Shown: positions 9,346 to 18,987, counted from the first letter of the stretch. The stretch: DNA of 64,000 bases from an uncultured Actinomycetes bacterium (GCA_963707645.1 CAVPQW010000005.1:427309-491308); one strand, 5' to 3'. The notes: generated by a model not told the origin, from the letters alone. Numbers and translations: made by a program.

Positions 9346-10276
9346 TCACGCCGGTTCGACGTCCGAGCCGGCGACGTCCGGGGCCGGTACCTCCGCCGTG
9401 ACGGTAGCGTCCGGGGCGGCCTCCGGAGTGGCGGATCCGTTCGCGTCGCCGTTGAGGTGCAGGTCGCGGCCCGCCTTCCGCCGGAGCAGCCGGTCGATCG
9501 CCCGGGACAGGGCCCGGTCGGCGTTGACCCCGCCGAGGCGGATCGCATCGACGGCCTCGACGGTCACCGTCCCGCTCGACTCGCGGATGATCTCCGGCAG
9601 GTCCAGCTCCCTCATGACGCGCTGGGCCACGGCGGCGAGGTCCATGCCGTCGACGACCTCCCCGGCGATCGCGACGAGGTCGAGCTCGTCGATGACCCGC
9701 TCGGCGATGGCCTTGAGATCCATCTGGTCCACGACGTCGTTGGCGAGGGCGACGGTGTCGACGCGCGCGAGGATCTTGTCCATGTCCACCCGGGCCACGA
9801 TCTCGTCGATGTCGACGCGGTCGAGCGCGAACCCGATCACGCCGCGCACCACCCGGTCGGCGATGGACTCGACGTCCCGCAAGACCTGCTTCGCCGACGC
9901 GCGGCCCGCTTCGGCCATCTCCTGCGAGCCCCGGCGGGACGGCAGCGCGATCCTCGATGCCCGCACGGCGTTCGATCGCGATGAGCGATCGCTTGAGCCC
10001 GTCGGCCATCGCGCCGATCCCGCGGAAGACGCTGCGCTGCGCCTCGATCGCCCGATCCATGACGGCGAACCCGACGGCAACGGCGACCACCAGCGTGGCC
10101 GGTGTCGGCGGCCCCTCCCCGGGAACCGGGAGTTGCTCCCCGCTCTCGAGGTCCGCGGCGTCCTCGTCGTGACCGGCGTCCGCGGCATCCACCGGCTGGT
10201 CGTCGGAGGCCGTCGGGGTTTCTTCCGAAACGGCCACCTCGACCTCGAGGCCTTCCGTCAGCTCCTGATCTGCCAT
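9346..10276 (-). pseudogene. Membrane-anchored protein with acidic N-terminus and Asp/hydrophobic ~10-aa repeats; interrupted by one apparent +1 frameshift as sequenced
   Basis: ATG 10276 with GGAGGG RBS. Frame A reads 'MADQELTEGLEVEV...ATLVVAVAVGFAVM...IAIERRAGIEDRAA' to ~9941. Frame B is protein-like from ~9930 ('GSQEMAEAGRASAKQVLRDVESIADRVV...') to TGA 9346-9348. Past the junction each frame turns into Arg-rich junk. Confidence 0.65.
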
Positions 10277-10480
10277 GTGACCCTCCAACGCCCCGGTGGA
10301 AAGAGTCTCGGGCCCGCCGCCGGCCGGTGCGTCACCCACGCTGGGTGAACTCGGGCCGGGCCGCGACCGTGTTCCCGGCCACCTTGCCGCGAAGGTACCC
10401 GGCCGGTCCGCGGCGATCAAGCCCCGGAGTTCACCCCAGGGGGATGACGCCCGGAGCCGTGGCCGTGGGAGACTCCCCCC

Positions 10481-10750
10481 ATGCTGATCCTGTTCATCAT
10501 CGTGTTCGGTATGGCCTGCGGGTGGGTTGCCCAGCTCCTGCTCGGGCGCGGCACCAACTGGAGCGAGGCGATCGTCGCCGGGTTCATCGGTTCGTTCGTC
10601 GGTGGGCTGATCGGGAGCCTCATCGCGGGCGACGGGATCAACCTCCGCGCGAGCGGCATCATCGGCAGCATCGTCGGGGCGGTCATCGTCCTGCTGGTGT
10701 GGGGCGCGGTCCGCGGCGGATCGAAGAGCGCCGGCAAGGCCCGCCGCTAA
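10481..10750 (+). CDS. GlsB/YeaQ/YmgE family stress-response membrane protein (transglycosylase-associated)
   Basis: 89 aa, 'GWVAQLLLGRG...IVAGFIGSFVGGLIGSLI...IIGSIVGAVIVLLVW', the typical Gly-zipper TM pattern. Confidence 0.85.
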   Translation: MLILFIIVFGMACGWVAQLLLGRGTNWSEAIVAGFIGSFVGGLIGSLIAGDGINLRASGIIGSIVGAVIVLLVWGAVRGGSKSAGKARR

Positions 10751-10914
10751 GCCCTCCGCAGAGAGCGGCGGCGTCCCCTGAAGGACGCCCGTGTCTGCAC
10801 GGCCCGGAGGCGGTCGGTGCGCCGATGTCCGGTGCTGGACATCGCCCGATCCACCTGCTTTGGTGAGCCCGACCGACGAATCCGTCCAGGTGACGCGGCC
10901 CTGAGGGAGGTTCC

Positions 10915-11484
10915 ATGGAGCACAGCGAGGTGATCGAGACCGAGGCCGGAGAGTTCGAGACGCCCGCGATGCCGTGGTGGACCTTCCTGGTCACCGGGAT
11001 CATCTCGGTCCTGCTCGCGCTCGTCGTGCTGCGGTTCGACCTGTCGTCCGTGACCACGGTCGGCATCCTGGTCGGGGTGGCGTTCCTCATGATCGGATGC
11101 GTCGACCTGTTCGCCGCGTTCGTCGACCGCCGGCACCGGTGGCTGCACGGCATCATCGGCGCGATCCTCGTGATCGGCGGCGTCATGGCCATCTTCAACC
11201 CGGCCGGCACGTTCTTCGCCCTGTCGCAGATCGCCGGGTTCCTGTTCGTCCTGATGGGGACGTTCCGGATCATCGGGGCCTTCATGCTCAAGGACTACGA
11301 CGACCTGTGGTGGCTGTCGCTCGTCACCGGGATCCTGCTGGTGCTCCTCGGCTTCTGGGCGGGCGGCCGGTTCTTCGGCGGCGCGACGCTGCTGCTCGTG
11401 TGGGTCGGGTTCGGCCTGCTGATCCACGGCTTCGGGCAGATCGTGCTGGCGTTCTCGCTCCGAAAGCTGGGGCGCGAAGGTTAG
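10915..11484 (+). CDS. HdeD/DUF308 family membrane protein
   Basis: Six short TM helices with repeated 'GIL.V..G...I..G....F' pattern. RBS gggagg before ATG 10915. Confidence 0.8.
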   Translation: MEHSEVIETEAGEFETPAMPWWTFLVTGIISVLLALVVLRFDLSSVTTVGILVGVAFLMIGCVDLFAAFVDRRHRWLHGIIGAILVIGGVMAIFNPAGTFFALSQIAGFLFVLMGTFRIIGAFMLKDYDDLWWLSLVTGILLVLLGFWAGGRFFGGATLLLVWVGFGLLIHGFGQIVLAFSLRKLGREG

Positions 11485-12197
11485 GACCGGGTTCTCGCCA
11501 GGAGCCGCAGGAACTCCAGGTACAGCCACACGATCGTCGAGAGCAGGCCGAATGCCGAGTACCACTCCATCTGCTTAGGCGCGCCGGCCTTGACGCCCGC
11601 CTCGATGAACCCGAAGTCGAGCATCAGGTTGAGGGCGGCCACGAGGCAGATCGCGATGCTGATGGCGATGCCGACGGGGTTTCCTGGATCGGTGAAGAAC
11701 AGCAGGTCGAGGCCGAAGATCGACAGGATCCACGCCAGGAAGTACAGGAGGGCGATGCCCACCGTCGCCACGACAATCACGCGCACCCGCTTGGCGGTGA
11801 GCCGGAACGCCCGCGACGTGTACAGGACCAGGCAGGCCACCACCGTGGTCAGCGACGCGAGCAGGGCCTGCGCGACGATGCCGTCGTAGTACGCCTCGTA
11901 CACGCGCGAGATCGCGCCGACCCACAGGCCCATCAGCACCCCGTAGAGCAGGCCGGCCGGGAGCGCCAGGCGCGGGTTCGCGGCGGCGGCCACCGTGATG
12001 GCGATGAGCAGCAGGTAGCCGAGGAAGAACCACAGCCCCGAGCCGACGAGCACGTGGGCGGCCCACCGCCATCCCACCCCGGCGAACCCGGCCGTGACCA
12101 CGAGGAGGAACAGCGCGCGAAGGACCGTTCCCGCGATAGTCATCGTGTGGACGGCAGGCTTCGCCTCGGTGCGGGCGAAGGTCGTCTCATTCAGCAT
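11481..12197 (-). CDS. Bax inhibitor-1/YccA family membrane protein
   Basis: ATG 12197 ('MLNETTFARTEAKP...'), 7 TM, C-terminal 'EWYSAFGLLSTIVWLYLEFLRLL' typical of the BI-1 family. Upstream part of ORF 11481..13175 is junk. Confidence 0.85.
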   Translation of the reverse strand: MLNETTFARTEAKPAVHTMTIAGTVLRALFLLVVTAGFAGVGWRWAAHVLVGSGLWFFLGYLLLIAITVAAAANPRLALPAGLLYGVLMGLWVGAISRVYEAYYDGIVAQALLASLTTVVACLVLYTSRAFRLTAKRVRVIVVATVGIALLYFLAWILSIFGLDLLFFTDPGNPVGIAISIAICLVAALNLMLDFGFIEAGVKAGAPKQMEWYSAFGLLSTIVWLYLEFLRLLARTRS

Positions 12198-12365
12198 CTG
12201 GCGCGCCACGTGCGAATCCCCCTTGGACGTCGTGTGCGCGCATCCTGTCACGGCGGCAGGCCGGGGACGAGGAACGGTGTTCCGCCGGTCGCAGTGCCGG
12301 CCCGTCCAGGTGACGGGATAGGCTGCGTCGATTTCCGTTGCGGACGGAGGTTTCGAGTGGGGGGA

Positions 12366-13025
12366 ATGGTCATCGAGGCGGCGCTGCTCGGCGTCGTGCT
12401 GACCGGGTCGAGCCCGATCGCGGTGATGGGCGTGCTGGTGATGATGCCCTCGACGCCCCACGGGATGCGAAGCGCCGTGGCGTTCGTCGCCGGGTGGTGC
12501 GCTGTCCTGCTCCTGATCGGCCTCGTGGTGATCTACGGGACGCGCGCGGTCGACTTCGGCGAGGGCTCGTCCGCGTCGGCGGTCGCCGCGGCTCTGCAGC
12601 TCGGCCTCGGCGTGGCGAGCCTGGGCTACGCCTTCGTCCGGTACCGGCGGCTCCGGACCGGAGGAACCCCCCCGCCTCCCAAGTGGCTCGCGCGCGCAGG
12701 GCAGGTTCCACCCCTCGCTGCGTTCGGCCTCGGCGCCCTGCTCCCGTACTACGTCGTCGCGCTGGCGTGCCTCGGCGACCTCATCCAGGCCGGCCTGACC
12801 CAGACCGCGGAGCTGATCGCGTACCTGGTGTTCGTGGCGGTCACGACCGGGCTGCTGGCGTCCCCGCTGCTCGTCATCGCGTTCGCCCGCGATCGTTCCG
12901 ACGAGCGCCTCGCCGCGATGCACGCGTGGCTCGACCGAAACAGCCAGCTGATGATCACCGTGCTCGTTGCCGGGATCGGCGTGCTGCTCGTGGTCCGGGG
13001 CGCGCTGGGACTTCTCAACAACTGA
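12366..13025 (+). CDS. GAP/Sap-like (PF11139-type) membrane protein
   Basis: ATG 12366 ('MVIEAALLGVVLTGSSPIAVMGVLVMM...'), 6 TM. Family assignment is from pattern memory only. Confidence 0.6.
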   Translation: MVIEAALLGVVLTGSSPIAVMGVLVMMPSTPHGMRSAVAFVAGWCAVLLLIGLVVIYGTRAVDFGEGSSASAVAAALQLGLGVASLGYAFVRYRRLRTGGTPPPPKWLARAGQVPPLAAFGLGALLPYYVVALACLGDLIQAGLTQTAELIAYLVFVAVTTGLLASPLLVIAFARDRSDERLAAMHAWLDRNSQLMITVLVAGIGVLLVVRGALGLLNN

Positions 13026-13045
13026 CTGGCCTATCCAGGTGCGGG

Positions 13046-13234
13046 CTACCTGACGGCGCCGCGACCCGAGACCCCGGCCAAGAGCGCCGAGACCATGATT
13101 CCCAGCGGGAGCGCTCCCCAGTAGGACAGCCCCATCGCCGGCGCGGCGTTGCCCATGAACAGCATGAGCAGCCACGTCGCCGGGAACGTCGCGATGAGGA
13201 ACACGACGAACATGACGAGCAGCGCCTTGATCAT
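13046..13234 (-). CDS. Small (62 aa) two-TM membrane protein
   Basis: Strong RBS AAGGAGGG 6 nt upstream of ATG 13234. 'MIKALLVMFVVFLIATFPATWLLMLFMG...'. Confidence 0.6.
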   Translation of the reverse strand: MIKALLVMFVVFLIATFPATWLLMLFMGNAAPAMGLSYWGALPLGIMVSALLAGVSGRGAVR

Positions 13235-13380
13235 GAATGCCCTCCTTGTTGGACGTCGTGATTGAAACATGCCGGGACGCGCTCTCCCCGGTGATTCGCG
13301 TCCCGATTTCAGGAGCCTGCGCAGGCGCCGTCCGGGCGTCGTCACCCCGATGTGACGACCACTCGGCGACGGCGGAGACG

Positions 13381-14403
13381 TCAGTCGAAGATGGCCGAGT
13401 AGGCGTTGAGCGCCGGCTGGCCGCCCAGGTGGGCGTAGAGGACTGTGGAGTCCTTCGGGATCTCGCCCGAGGTGACGAGGTCGATCAGCCCCGCCATCGA
13501 CTTCCCCTCGTAGACGGGGTCGATGATCATCCCCTCGAGCGAGCCGCTCAGCCGGATCGCTTCGATCGTCGACTCGACCGGGATGCCGTAGAAGTCCCCC
13601 GCCCAGCCCCCGAGCACGGTGATCTCGTCGTCGGTCAGCTCGCGGCCGAGTTCGATGAGCTCGGCGGTGTGGCGGGCGATCCTGGCGACTTGGTCGAGCG
13701 TCTGCTCGAGCGTCGCTGATGCGTCGATGCCGATGACCCGGCGGGGACGATCGCCGGTTTGTTCCTGCAGGGCGGCGAAGCCGGCGATCATGCCGGCGTG
13801 GGTCGAGCCGGTCACCGTGCAGACGATGATCGTGTCGAAGAAGACGTCGAGCTCGCGCTCCTGCTCCGCGACCTCAAACGCCCAGTTGGCGAAGCCGAGC
13901 CCGCCGAGCGGGTGCTCGGAGGCGCCGGCGGGGATGCCGTAGGGGGTTCCCCCGGCCTCCTCGACCTCGAGCAGGGCCTGTTCCCAGGAGCTCCGGATCC
14001 CGATGTCGAAGCCGGCCGGGTCGAGGCGCACGTCGGCGCCCATGATGCGGGACAGCAGGATGTTGCCCACCCGGTCGTTCACCGGGTCGTCCCAGTCGAC
14101 CCACTTCTCCTGCACCAGGCAGCATTTGAGGCCGAGCTTGGCGGCGACGGCCGCGACCTGTCGGGTGTGGTTGGACTGAACGCCCCCGATCGAAACCAGG
14201 GTGTCGGCTCCCTTGGCCAGGGCGTCGGGAACGATGTATTCGAGCTTGCGGATCTTGTTGCCTCCGAACGCGAGCCCCGAGTTGCAGTCCTCCCGCTTGG
14301 CCCAAACGCCGGCTCCGCCGAGGTGCTTCGTGAGCCGGTCGAGCGGATGCACCGGGCTGGGCCCGAACATCAAGGGGTACCGGGCGAAGTCCTGCAGTTG
14401 CAC
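13381..14403 (-). CDS. acdS: 1-aminocyclopropane-1-carboxylate (ACC) deaminase
   Basis: Near-colinear with Pseudomonas AcdS as I remember it: '[12 protein letters not shown]', '[21 protein letters not shown]', '[16 protein letters not shown]', 'DPVYEGKSM', '[12 protein letters not shown]'. GTG 14403 lies 6 nt after the upstream stop. Alternative ATG at 14430. Confidence 0.9.
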   Translation of the reverse strand: MQLQDFARYPLMFGPSPVHPLDRLTKHLGGAGVWAKREDCNSGLAFGGNKIRKLEYIVPDALAKGADTLVSIGGVQSNHTRQVAAVAAKLGLKCCLVQEKWVDWDDPVNDRVGNILLSRIMGADVRLDPAGFDIGIRSSWEQALLEVEEAGGTPYGIPAGASEHPLGGLGFANWAFEVAEQERELDVFFDTIIVCTVTGSTHAGMIAGFAALQEQTGDRPRRVIGIDASATLEQTLDQVARIARHTAELIELGRELTDDEITVLGGWAGDFYGIPVESTIEAIRLSGSLEGMIIDPVYEGKSMAGLIDLVTSGEIPKDSTVLYAHLGGQPALNAYSAIFD

Positions 14404-14408
14404 CGGTC

Positions 14409-14663
14409 TCAGCGCCGCTTCAAGACCCAACGCACGACGACCAGCGCCACCACGGCCCCGGCGGCGATCGCCAGCGTTCGACGGGACAGGAAGCGTTCCT
14501 TCAACGCCTGCGCCTCGAACTTGACCTGACCAATGGCCTCGACGAGTCGAGCGCGCTCCAGTTCGAGGTCGCGGAGGACCTCCTCCGGAGGACGCGGCGC
14601 TCGGCCGCCGGCGCGGGCCCCGCCGCCGGCCGCGGAACCGGGAAGTTCAGCTCCGGCTGTCAT
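14409..14663 (-). CDS. Small coiled-coil protein with C-terminal TM anchor (DUF3618-like)
   Basis: '[32 protein letters not shown]' followed by '[18 protein letters not shown]'. Overlaps the upstream gene by 17 nt. Confidence 0.6.
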   Translation of the reverse strand: MTAGAELPGSAAGGGARAGGRAPRPPEEVLRDLELERARLVEAIGQVKFEAQALKERFLSRRTLAIAAGAVVALVVVRWVLKRR

Positions 14664-15078
14664 GGAAGCCCTCAGGGACGGGGTTCGGCAGCGGAGGTTC
14701 GGGGGCGGCGGGGACGGAAGGCACCTCGTCGGAGCCTCGGATGCCCCGGAAGACCGCGGCAGTCAACTGCGCCTGCTCCCTTGCGATCGAGCCCCCCCTG
14801 GTCTGCTTGTAGCGGATCCCGAGCACTGCTGCCACGGCGAGGTACACGACCATGACGATCAGGATCGCGAGCCAGGCGGGGAGCGGTATCGCGAGGGCGA
14901 TGACGAACAACGTCGTCAGCAGCAGGAATCCCATGAACGCGAACATCGCAGCGCCGAGGCCGAGCACGCTGCTGGTCTTGAGGTCCGATCTCGTCAGCTC
15001 GGCCTGCAGGCGGGCGACGGACGAGGCGCTTTGGGCGACCTCCCGCAAAGCTCCACGCAACCCGTTCCCGGCCGCCAT
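14647..15078 (-). CDS. Actinobacterial Holin-X/DUF1469 family membrane protein (annotated 'phage holin family' in databases)
   Basis: Amphipathic N-terminus then two TM helices 'VLGLGAAMFAFMGFLLLTTLFVIALAI...WLAILIVMVVYLAVAAVLGI'. Confidence 0.7.
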   Translation of the reverse strand: MAAGNGLRGALREVAQSASSVARLQAELTRSDLKTSSVLGLGAAMFAFMGFLLLTTLFVIALAIPLPAWLAILIVMVVYLAVAAVLGIRYKQTRGGSIAREQAQLTAAVFRGIRGSDEVPSVPAAPEPPLPNPVPEGFHDSRS

Positions 15079-15522
15079 GCGGGGAACCTACCACTCCCCA
15101 CATCACCGAGTGGAATCCCGCTGCTTGCATTGCATGATCAACATCTCGGGAATGGAAGGGGTCGTCCACCATTTCGTGGCGATCAACCTCACGCACGCGA
15201 ATCCAGCCTGACGCCCTCTGATCGCCTCGTTTCTTCGACCTCGACGCGGTCACTGGGGAGGAGTACGGTGAGGCCCTCCACGGGAACGCTCCGGCAGCAA
15301 GACCCTGACCGGCGGGCAATGCCACGCAACCGCTCCTCTCGGCCTCGGTCATGACGAGCATCCCGTGCTGATAAGGATGGGAATTGTGGCCAAGAAGGTT
15401 GAGACAGATGTGCCGAATCCTCCAATCCCTGCATGCCGATCTGTCGCGGGTTCTGGCTTTCAGCTCGGCGTGATCTGCTAGCGGCGGAAGGCATTCGAAG
15501 TCGAAAGTCCCAAGGGGGGACG

Positions 15523-17298
15523 ATGAACGATAGGACAGCGGCCGACGCGCAGGACCAGTTCAGCACGGACACGACGGGGGTTCCGGATGCGATCCCGCCA
15601 CCCGTCATGCGACTGCTCGACGGTGATCGGCTCGATCTCCGGATCCACGCCGTCCGAAAGATGGTCGACGGAGCCGAGTTGCGGATGCTGGGGTACAACG
15701 GTTCCATCCCCGGACCGACGCTCCACGTCGATCAGGGGTCGGAAATCACCGTCCAGGTGCGGAACGACGGAGACATCGACGCGACGGTCCACTGGCACGG
15801 CCTGCGATTGGAGAACAAGTACGACGGGGTTCCGCACGACACCCAGGAACCGATCCCGATCGGAGGGACGTTCACCTACAAAGTGCAGTTCCCCGACGCC
15901 GGCTTCTACTGGTACCACCCACACATCCGCGAGGACTTCGGCCAGGAGATGGGGCTGTACGGCACGATCGTGGTGGAACCAGCCGATCCATCGTTCTGGC
16001 CTCAGGTCGACAGGCAACTGACCATCACCCTGGACGATCTGCTCGTCGAGGACGGCCACATCGCCGCGTTCAGCCGCTCCGGGACCAACTTCACCGCAAT
16101 GGGCCGGTTCGGCAACGTCATGCTGATCAACGGCGAGCCCGCCTACTCCGCAGCGGCGACTGCTGGGGAGGTCGTCCGCCTCTATCTCGTGAACACCGCC
16201 AACACACGGATCTTCAAATTCGCCCTCCCCGGTGCGCGGATGAAGCTCGTCGGCGCGGACTCCGGCCGGTACGAGCACGAGGTGTTCGTCGAAGAGGTGA
16301 TGCTCGCACCATCGGAGCGTGCCGTGGTCGACGTGTTGTTCGACGCGCCGGGGGAGTTTCGGGTCGAACATCGAACCCCCGACCACGTGTACGACCTCGG
16401 GCGGTTCGCGGTCACCGGGACCAAGGCCGGCGACGACGCCGTTGCATCGTTCGCGCTGCTTCGCGACGACCCCGAGCTCGCCGCCGTGCGCCGATCGATC
16501 GACGGCGACCTCGAACGAGAGCCCGACGAGATCCTCGCGTTCTTCTCCCGGATGCCGTTGCTGTATGGCGAAGGCGTGACCTCCGCATCGACCTACGCGT
16601 GCCCCATGCACCCCGAGGTCACCGACTCCGAGCCGAGCACGTGCCCGAAGTGTGGGATGAAGCTGATGCCGGTCGAACCGCCGACGTCCGTGTTGTACGC
16701 GTGCCCCATGCACCCCGAGGTCACCGACTCCGAGCCGAGCACGTGCCCGAAGTGTGGGATGAAGCTGATGCCCGTCGAACCGGCGGCGCCGGCTGCGCCC
16801 GAGGGGGGCGAGCACGCTCCGCACGAACACGGCGACGGCCTCGAATGGGAGGACCTCATGCCCGAGATCAACCGGGCGTCCGACCAAAGCAACGTGATCT
16901 GGCAGATCATCGACCGCAAGACGGGGGCCAAGAACGGAGCAATCACGTGGTCGTTCACCGTTGGCGACCAGGTCAAGATCCGACTGGTCAACGAGATGGC
17001 CTCTGACCACCCCATGCACCACCCGTTCCACGTCCACGGGGCGGGTCGGTTCCTCATCCTCGCGCGGGATGGCGACCCGGAGCCCAACCTGGCGTGGAAG
17101 GACACCGTCCTAGTCCGCTCCGGGGAGACCGTCGACATCCTGCTCGACGTCTCCAACCCCGGGCTGTGGATGGCCCACTGCCACATTGCCGAGCACATCC
17201 AGAGCGGGATGATGTTCAGCTTCAACGTGGCTCGGCGCGAGCCCACGCCGGACGACCCGGGCGCTGAGACCGCTCTCGTTCCGGGGGCGAGCTCGTGA
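15523..17298 (+). CDS. Three-domain multicopper oxidase with internal tandem Cys4 metal-binding modules
   Basis: RBS aagggggga before ATG 15523. Copper ligand motifs 'TVHWHGL', 'FYWYHPH', 'HPFHVHG', 'HCHIAEHIQSGMM'. Insert holds 2 x 'YACPMHPEVTDSEPSTCPKCGMKLMPVEP'. Confidence 0.9.
   Translation: MNDRTAADAQDQFSTDTTGVPDAIPPPVMRLLDGDRLDLRIHAVRKMVDGAELRMLGYNGSIPGPTLHVDQGSEITVQVRNDGDIDATVHWHGLRLENKYDGVPHDTQEPIPIGGTFTYKVQFPDAGFYWYHPHIREDFGQEMGLYGTIVVEPADPSFWPQVDRQLTITLDDLLVEDGHIAAFSRSGTNFTAMGRFGNVMLINGEPAYSAAATAGEVVRLYLVNTANTRIFKFALPGARMKLVGADSGRYEHEVFVEEVMLAPSERAVVDVLFDAPGEFRVEHRTPDHVYDLGRFAVTGTKAGDDAVASFALLRDDPELAAVRRSIDGDLEREPDEILAFFSRMPLLYGEGVTSASTYACPMHPEVTDSEPSTCPKCGMKLMPVEPPTSVLYACPMHPEVTDSEPSTCPKCGMKLMPVEPAAPAAPEGGEHAPHEHGDGLEWEDLMPEINRASDQSNVIWQIIDRKTGAKNGAITWSFTVGDQVKIRLVNEMASDHPMHHPFHVHGAGRFLILARDGDPEPNLAWKDTVLVRSGETVDILLDVSNPGLWMAHCHIAEHIQSGMMFSFNVARREPTPDDPGAETALVPGASS
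16594..16782 (+). repeat. Tandem duplication inside the oxidase gene: two 87-nt copies (16594-16680, 16696-16782), period 102 nt, 86/87 identical
   Basis: Direct reading of both copies. The only difference is g16671 vs c16773 (synonymous Pro codon). 15-nt spacer ccgacgtccgtgttg. Confidence 0.95.
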
Positions 17299-18425
17299 CG
17301 CCCGGTGACGGAACCTCCTACGACGTGGTTATCGTTGGGGGGAGCCAGGCGGGTCTCGCCATCGGCTACCACCTCCGGAAGCTGGGCCTCCGGTTCCTGA
17401 TCCTGGATGCGGGACCCGACGTCGGCCACGTCTGGAGTTCCCGATGGGACTCACTCCGGCTGTTCACGCCCTCGCAGTACAGCGGGCTCCCCGGGATGGA
17501 CTTCCCGGCCGAGCGGGACACGTATCCGTCACGCGATGACGTCGCCCGGTATCTGGAGGCGTATACCTCGAAGTTCGAGCTTCCGGTGCGCTCCAACTCC
17601 AGGGTCACGTCGCTCCATCGGAACGGCGCAGGGTATGTCGTCGCCATCGGAGCAGAGGTGCTCCATGCCGCTCAGGTCGTGATCGCAACCGGTCCATTCC
17701 AGGTTCCGTTCGTCCCATCCGTGGCGACAGGGTTCGATGCCGGCGTCGCGCAGGTCCACAGCTCGGACTACCGAAACCCGGATCAACTCCCGGACGGCCG
17801 GGTGCTCGTGGTGGGCGGAGGCAACTCCGGGTTCCAGATCGCGGAGGAACTCGCCGCGACGAGGCACGTAGACCTCGCTGTGGGCACCAGCATGCCGTCG
17901 CTGCCGCAACGCCTGATGGGCCGCGATCTCTTTTGGTGGCTCTCCCACCTCGGGCTCATGCGGGTCAACGTGGGATCTCGTGTCGGCCGGAAGATGTCCC
18001 AACGCGACGTGCTGATCGGCTCCAGCAAGCAGCGGCTCCGCCGTGCCGGGGTCACGTTCAGGAACCGGCTGGAACGCGCCGAAGGGCAGCGTGCCGTGTT
18101 CGCCGGTGGCGGCTCTGTGGACATCGACGCCGTCGTGTGGGCGACCGGGTACCGCCCTGACTTCTCCTGGCTCGATGTACCAGGGGTCCTCGACGAGAGC
18201 GGCCGGATCATCCATGAACGAGGCGTGACGCCGGCGCCGGGCCTCACCTTCCTCGGCCTTCCGTGGCAGTACACGCGCGGGTCGGCGCTGCTTGGCTTCG
18301 TGAAGGACGATGCCGCCTTCATCGCCGGGAGGATCGCTGCGCTGGCGAAGGACACGCCCGTGCGATCGGAGTCCGGCCTCCCGGCCGCGTCCGGGTCGAA
18401 CCCCATCTCCCCGGAATCAAGCTGA
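17295..18425 (+). CDS. NAD(P)/FAD-dependent oxidoreductase, flavin-monooxygenase-like (CzcO/COG2072 type)
   Basis: GTG 17295 overlaps the oxidase stop (GTGA). 'VVIVGGSQAGLA' FAD site, 'VLVVGGGNSGFQIA' NAD(P) site, 'VVWATGYRPDF'. Confidence 0.85.
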   Translation: MTPGDGTSYDVVIVGGSQAGLAIGYHLRKLGLRFLILDAGPDVGHVWSSRWDSLRLFTPSQYSGLPGMDFPAERDTYPSRDDVARYLEAYTSKFELPVRSNSRVTSLHRNGAGYVVAIGAEVLHAAQVVIATGPFQVPFVPSVATGFDAGVAQVHSSDYRNPDQLPDGRVLVVGGGNSGFQIAEELAATRHVDLAVGTSMPSLPQRLMGRDLFWWLSHLGLMRVNVGSRVGRKMSQRDVLIGSSKQRLRRAGVTFRNRLERAEGQRAVFAGGGSVDIDAVVWATGYRPDFSWLDVPGVLDESGRIIHERGVTPAPGLTFLGLPWQYTRGSALLGFVKDDAAFIAGRIAALAKDTPVRSESGLPAASGSNPISPESS

Positions 18426-18433
18426 AGCGCCTG

Positions 18434-18883
18434 ATGGGATCCGAGCCTCGCGACCACGTCGGGAGTGCCGCGCCCCAATCACTCCGGGCCCCCGTCGTTT
18501 GGGGTGTCGCGGTTGGCGTGCTCCAAGCAGCGTCGCCACTCGCATTCTGGTGGCTCACGCCGGCAAGCGTGTATGCCCTGGGGCTCGCCGCGATCGCGGC
18601 GATCTACATCGGCTTCGCGGTGGCCGACGGACGGCGGACCGTCCTTGCCGTGGAGATCGCCGTCGCCTCTGTCTTCGTGATTCTGGCCGCAGCGGCAGTG
18701 ACCGGTCAGGCCTGGCTTCTCGTCCTCGGGTTCGCGGGCCATGGATTGAAGGACCTGTGGCAGCACCGCAGCCAATTCGTTGCCAGGACGCGCTGGTGGC
18801 CCCCGTTCTGCCTCGTCGTGGATTTGGTCGTCGCCCTCGCCATCGCTCTGGAGGTTGCGCTCGGCGTCGACCTCTATCGATAG
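18434..18883 (+). CDS. Four-TM membrane protein, function unknown
   Basis: ATG 18434 lies 9 nt after the previous stop. Hydrophobic helices 'VWGVAVGVLQAASPLAFWW', 'ALGLAAIAAIYIGFAV', etc. Confidence 0.6.
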   Translation: MGSEPRDHVGSAAPQSLRAPVVWGVAVGVLQAASPLAFWWLTPASVYALGLAAIAAIYIGFAVADGRRTVLAVEIAVASVFVILAAAAVTGQAWLLVLGFAGHGLKDLWQHRSQFVARTRWWPPFCLVVDLVVALAIALEVALGVDLYR

Positions 18884-18987
18884 TTCCGCCGCGATCTCCA
18901 GCCGTGCTCCGGCAGCGAGCGCCTCGGAACATCGAACTGTGCCCTCTCGAGGGCGACATGGCCCGAGATTCGTCGACGGTCCCTGAG

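Noticed and set aside
14409-15078. Possible prophage or lysis cassette, because the DUF1469 family is annotated as 'phage holin'.
   Set aside because: No endolysin, terminase, capsid, integrase or att-like repeats are nearby. This family is a common chromosomal stress-membrane protein pair in Actinomycetota.
15433-15522. Tat signal peptide for the multicopper oxidase using the upstream start ('...SARRDLLAAEG...').
   Set aside because: No hydrophobic h-region or AxA cleavage site follows the RR pair. The ATG at 15523 has a good RBS (aagggggga), while the upstream start has none.
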